Below the pieces are notes generated by a model that was given only the letters and a program-made list of their open reading frames with translations, had not been told where the DNA came from and made no database searches. A stretch of DNA of 18,409 bases from assembly GCA_031372065.1 (NCBI GenBank), contig JANMKN010000265.1:1-18409 (forward strand), written 5' to 3'. Shown piece after piece: positions 15,825-18,409 of the stretch. This stretch comes from Abditibacteriaceae bacterium (GTDB taxonomy: Bacteria > Armatimonadota > Abditibacteriia > Abditibacteriales > Abditibacteriaceae). Position numbers and translations under genes: made by a program. Each line of letters starts with the position of its first letter. Position 1 is the stretch's first letter.

Positions 15825-17105
15825 ATGTCGCAAACAGCTTTAACACTCACGTTTTTCTTGCAGATGGCGGTTATTTTAGGGGCCTGCCGCCTCGTTGGTT
15901 TGGGCGCCCAACGACTTGGACAGCCGCAGGTTGTCGGCGAAATGGTCGCCGGCGTGCTTTTGGGGCCGTCGCTGTTTGGACTGCTCTTTCCGCAATTGCA
16001 AAGCCAGATTTTCCCGCCGGAATCGCTCAATACGCTTTACATCGGCGCGCAACTCGGCGTCGGCTTGTATATGTTTTTGGTCGGCGTCGAATTTAACACG
16101 ACGATGTTCCGGCAGCAGGCCAAAAGCGCTGTGGCCGTTTCGCTGGCCGGAATGCTGGTGCCTTTGGGATGCGCGCTGCTTTTGGCGCCGTGGATTCTGA
16201 AAATACCCGGCTTATTCGCCCCTAAAACCACGTCGTTTGAAGCGTTTCTGTTTTTGGGCGCGGCCATCGCCATGACCGCGTTTCCGATGTTGGCGCGCAT
16301 TATTTACGAACGCGGCCTCACCGGAACGGCTCTGGGCACCTTAGTTTTGGCAGCGGGCGCTATAGACGACGCCGCCGCCGGTTGCGTGCTGGCTTTAGTT
16401 TTGGCGAGTTTTCAACGCCTGCCCGATGGCAGCCTCAACACATTTGTTGTTATCAAAGCCTGCGTGGGCGGCTTGCTTTATGCGCTGTTTATGACGACAG
16501 TAGGCAATCGCCTGCTGAAACCCATCGGCGTCGTTGTCGAACGCGAAGGCGAAATCAACGCCACGCTGATGGGCGGCGTGTTGATGCTTTTTTGCCTGAG
16601 CGCGTGGGTGATGGAAAGTTTGGGTTTGCACGCGGTTTTAGGCGGATTTTTGCTCGGCGTTGCCATGCCGCGCGGCGCCTTAACCCGCCAACTTCAGGAG
16701 AAATTAGAACCATTTGTCGTCGTCTTTTTGTTGCCGATGTTTTTCACTCTGTCCGGCCTGAAAACTGAATTGAGCTTTATCGGCGACGCGACGATGCTGC
16801 TCGTCGCGCTGGTTTTGCTGGCCGCTTCGATTTTCGGCAAGGGCTTCGCGTGCTGGGCAGCGGCGCGCTTGACCGGCTCCGATCAACGCACGGCCTTGGC
16901 TATTGGCACTTTAATGAACGCGCGCGGCATGATGGGCCTAATTATCGCCAATATCGGCCTGCAAAAAGGCGTTATTGAGCCGCCCCTATTCGCCATGCTG
17001 GTTCTGATGGCGCTTGTCACCACACTCATGGCCTCGCCGCTCTTTGAACTGGTTTATGGCCGTCACGAGCGCAAAATCCCCGACGGCGCGACAGTAAACC
17101 CGTAA
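15825..17105 (+). CDS. Cation:proton antiporter (CPA2/Na_H_Exchanger family)
   Basis: LGQPQVVGEMVAGVLLGPS, TAFPMLARII, AAGAIDDA, LLPMFFTLSGLKT, LMNARG; many TM segments; no C-terminal regulatory domain. Confidence 0.93.
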   Translation: MSQTALTLTFFLQMAVILGACRLVGLGAQRLGQPQVVGEMVAGVLLGPSLFGLLFPQLQSQIFPPESLNTLYIGAQLGVGLYMFLVGVEFNTTMFRQQAKSAVAVSLAGMLVPLGCALLLAPWILKIPGLFAPKTTSFEAFLFLGAAIAMTAFPMLARIIYERGLTGTALGTLVLAAGAIDDAAAGCVLALVLASFQRLPDGSLNTFVVIKACVGGLLYALFMTTVGNRLLKPIGVVVEREGEINATLMGGVLMLFCLSAWVMESLGLHAVLGGFLLGVAMPRGALTRQLQEKLEPFVVVFLLPMFFTLSGLKTELSFIGDATMLLVALVLLAASIFGKGFACWAAARLTGSDQRTALAIGTLMNARGMMGLIIANIGLQKGVIEPPLFAMLVLMALVTTLMASPLFELVYGRHERKIPDGATVNP

Positions 17106-17121
17106 ATTACATCATTTTCTT

Positions 17122-17240
17122 GACTGATTCTACGGTTTGCCCGACTGATTCTATCGTTTGCCCGACTGATTCTACGTTAGAATGGACTGATTCTGGAGTA
17201 AAATCAGTCCATTCTGACGCTGAAGGGACTGATTTTAGAG
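17122..17240. repeat. 21-bp period tandem array (core GACTGATTCT) with internal hairpin
   Basis: Core at 17122, 17143, 17164, 17185, variant AGTCCATTCT at 17206 and GACTGATTTT at 17227. Perfect 14-bp inverted repeat at 17179-17192 and 17202-17215. Confidence 0.85.
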
Positions 17241-17295
17241 CTAAAGCAGTCATTTTAGCGGTAGAAGCAGCGTCTTCTGCGCCGCAACTGAACAA

Positions 17296-17334
17296 AAAAA
17301 GCCGCACAGGGAAATTTTCCCTGTGCGGCTTTTT
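17296..17334. terminator. Bidirectional terminator, second copy of the rplL terminator
   Basis: AAAAAGCCGCACAGGGAAA-t-TTTCCCTGTGCGGCTTTTT; near-identical to 17784-17822. Confidence 0.9.
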
Positions 17335-17340
17335 GGTTTG

Positions 17341-17366
17341 AAACCCGTCGCTGACGCTCTGGGTTC
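17341..17366. repeat. Short imperfect palindrome, possible REP-like insertion
   Basis: AACCC-gtcgctgacgctct-GGGTT lies between the rplL remnant stop and its terminator. The stop-to-terminator spacer is 36 nt here versus 16 nt at intact rplL. Confidence 0.4.
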
Positions 17367-17370
17367 GCTC

Positions 17371-17412
17371 TTATACGTCCTTGACTTCGACAGTCGCGCC
17401 TGTGCCTTTGCT
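17371..17412 (-). pseudogene. rplL: Duplicated 3' fragment of rplL (last ~12 codons)
   Basis: Translates (S)KGTGATVEVKDV* versus (L)[12 protein letters not shown] in intact rplL. Shared 12-bp core CCTTGACTTCGA at 17379-17390 and 17847-17858 (offset 468 bp); followed by the same terminator. Confidence 0.85.
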
Positions 17413-17436
17413 ATTGAGAAAATGATGTAATACTGT
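17408..17436 (+). promoter_or_regulatory. Putative sigma70 promoter for the small membrane-protein gene
   Basis: TTGCTA (17408-17413), 17-nt spacer, TACTGT (17431-17436); GAAGG upstream of ATG 17453. Confidence 0.45.
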
Positions 17437-17452
17437 GAGTCAGGTGAAGGAA

Positions 17453-17776
17453 ATGAAGTCATGGCTGAGAATGGTAATCGTATTAATGTGCAGCCTCACT
17501 GCTGGTTTGGTTGGCTTTGCATTACCTTTTGGTCTCCCCATGTATGGTTCAACATTAGGACCGGGGTTAGGTGCTATCGTTGGTGCTTTCATTGTCATCA
17601 TAATCGCACAGGCAGTGGAGCGCCATTTGGATAAAGTAAGCAAAGTAGATTATGTGCATGAAGCGGCCAACCCGATTACTTTTATTGTCCGCATGGCAAC
17701 GTGGTTATTTATCGGTTTGATTCTTTTGTCAATCATTTTGATGCCACTGATGAGTCCGCCACATCAAAACCATTAG
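17453..17776 (+). CDS. Small hypothetical membrane protein (~3 TM helices), AT-rich
   Basis: 107 aa with three hydrophobic stretches. Hand count about 45% GC over 17461-17760 versus about 57% and 65% in single sampled lines of rplL and the antiporter. Ends 7 nt before the bidirectional terminator. Confidence 0.7.
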   Translation: MKSWLRMVIVLMCSLTAGLVGFALPFGLPMYGSTLGPGLGAIVGAFIVIIIAQAVERHLDKVSKVDYVHEAANPITFIVRMATWLFIGLILLSIILMPLMSPPHQNH

Positions 17777-17783
17777 CACAAGT

Positions 17784-17822
17784 AAAAAAGCCGCACAGGG
17801 AATTTCCCTGTGCGGCTTTTTT
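17784..17822. terminator. Bidirectional Rho-independent terminator (rplL / small membrane gene)
   Basis: AAAAAAGCCGCACAGGGAA-t-TTCCCTGTGCGGCTTTTTT between convergent genes. Confidence 0.92.
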
Positions 17823-17838
17823 AGATTTCCGAAGAAAC

Positions 17839-18231
17839 TTAGACACCCTTGACTTCGATAACGGCACCGACGCCTTCGAGTTTTTCCTTGATCTTTTCGG
17901 CTTCTTCTTTGGCGACGGGGTTGCCCACGTCGGCAGGAGCGCCTTCGACCAAATCCTTGGCTTCTTTGAGGCCAAGAGTCGGCAAAACTTCGCGCACGGC
18001 TTTGATGACGTCCAATTTCTTGGCGCCAAATTCCTTCAGAATGACCTGAAATTCGGTGGACTCTTCCACGACCGGAGCCGCTTCAGCCACCGCACCGCCA
18101 CCGCCGCCAGAGACAGCAACAGCAGCCGTAACGCCCCACTCTTCTTGCAGGGTCTTCACCAGGTCGTTGAGTTCGAGAACGGTCATGCCGCCGACTAACT
18201 CCATGATTTGTGTAACTTTTTCGCTCGCCAT
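17839..18231 (-). CDS. rplL: 50S ribosomal protein L7/L12
   Basis: [19 protein letters not shown], Ala/Gly hinge, [39 protein letters not shown] Shine-Dalgarno. Confidence 0.99.
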   Translation of the reverse strand: MASEKVTQIMELVGGMTVLELNDLVKTLQEEWGVTAAVAVSGGGGGAVAEAAPVVEESTEFQVILKEFGAKKLDVIKAVREVLPTLGLKEAKDLVEGAPADVGNPVAKEEAEKIKEKLEGVGAVIEVKGV

Positions 18232-18269
18232 TTGTAAAATCTCTCCTTTGCGCCGGGCAGAAGTAAAAA

Positions 18270-18380
18270 TTAGTTTTGAGTTTTGTGTTTTTTGTTTTGT
18301 GGTGTTTGGCTACGGGGTTTTTAAAAAAGGCGCGAAGCACCACTGATTCAAGTCAAAACTCAAAACTAAAAAATCAAAAA
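18270..18380. repeat. Opposed heptamer-repeat blocks forming a long inverted repeat upstream of rplL
   Basis: TTAGTTTTGAGTTTTG (18270-18285) is the exact reverse complement of CAAAACTCAAAACTAA (18354-18369); further degenerate units adjoin both. Confidence 0.8.
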
Positions 18381-18409
18381 TATTCTGTCCATGGTTTAGA
18401 GCTTTGTTT

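Larger units (their letters stand above)
17106..17431. repeat. Perfect 15-bp inverted repeat bounding a 326-bp segment
   Basis: ATTACATCATTTTCT at 17106-17120 and its reverse complement AGAAAATGATGTAAT at 17417-17431. Confidence 0.8.

Noticed and set aside
17122..17240. Possible mini-CRISPR array
   Set aside because: The 21-bp period with a 10-bp core is far too short for repeat plus spacer, the variable parts resemble each other, and there are no cas genes in the window.
18083..18346. ORFs 18083-18343 (-) and 18056-18346 (+)
   Set aside because: They overlap rplL out of frame or antisense and translate the low-complexity heptamer tract.

Overview
Bacterial chromosomal window, gene-dense and GC-rich in most coding regions. 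In order: a Tat-exported Gfo/Idh/MocA oxidoreductase (minus strand, runs off the left edge, absent from the ORF track); an exported alpha/beta hydrolase and a 7-repeat FG-GAP/VCBS protein; a sortase paired with a 111-aa low-complexity LPTTG substrate; a FecCD/BtuCD-type ABC permease and ATPase separated from their binding lipoprotein by a ~980-aa secreted protein (unassigned N-domain, 4x FN3, Fn3-associated, DNRLRE/CBM96-like); glmS; glgB; a compact tnpA-only IS200/IS605 element; a CPA2 cation:proton antiporter; and rplL. The most unusual region is 17106-17880. A diverged copy of the last ~12 rplL codons lies 468 bp downstream of rplL and is followed by a near-identical copy of the rplL terminator, so the two tails bracket one AT-rich membrane-protein gene, like a minimal cassette integrated at the rplL 3' end. 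That copy sits in a 326-bp segment bounded by a perfect 15-bp inverted repeat that also holds a 21-bp tandem array. Heptamer repeats and long, almost loopless palindromes recur between genes. Family assignments come from motif recognition by eye; no searches were run. A diderm host such as Armatimonadota/Abditibacteriota is my impression only.
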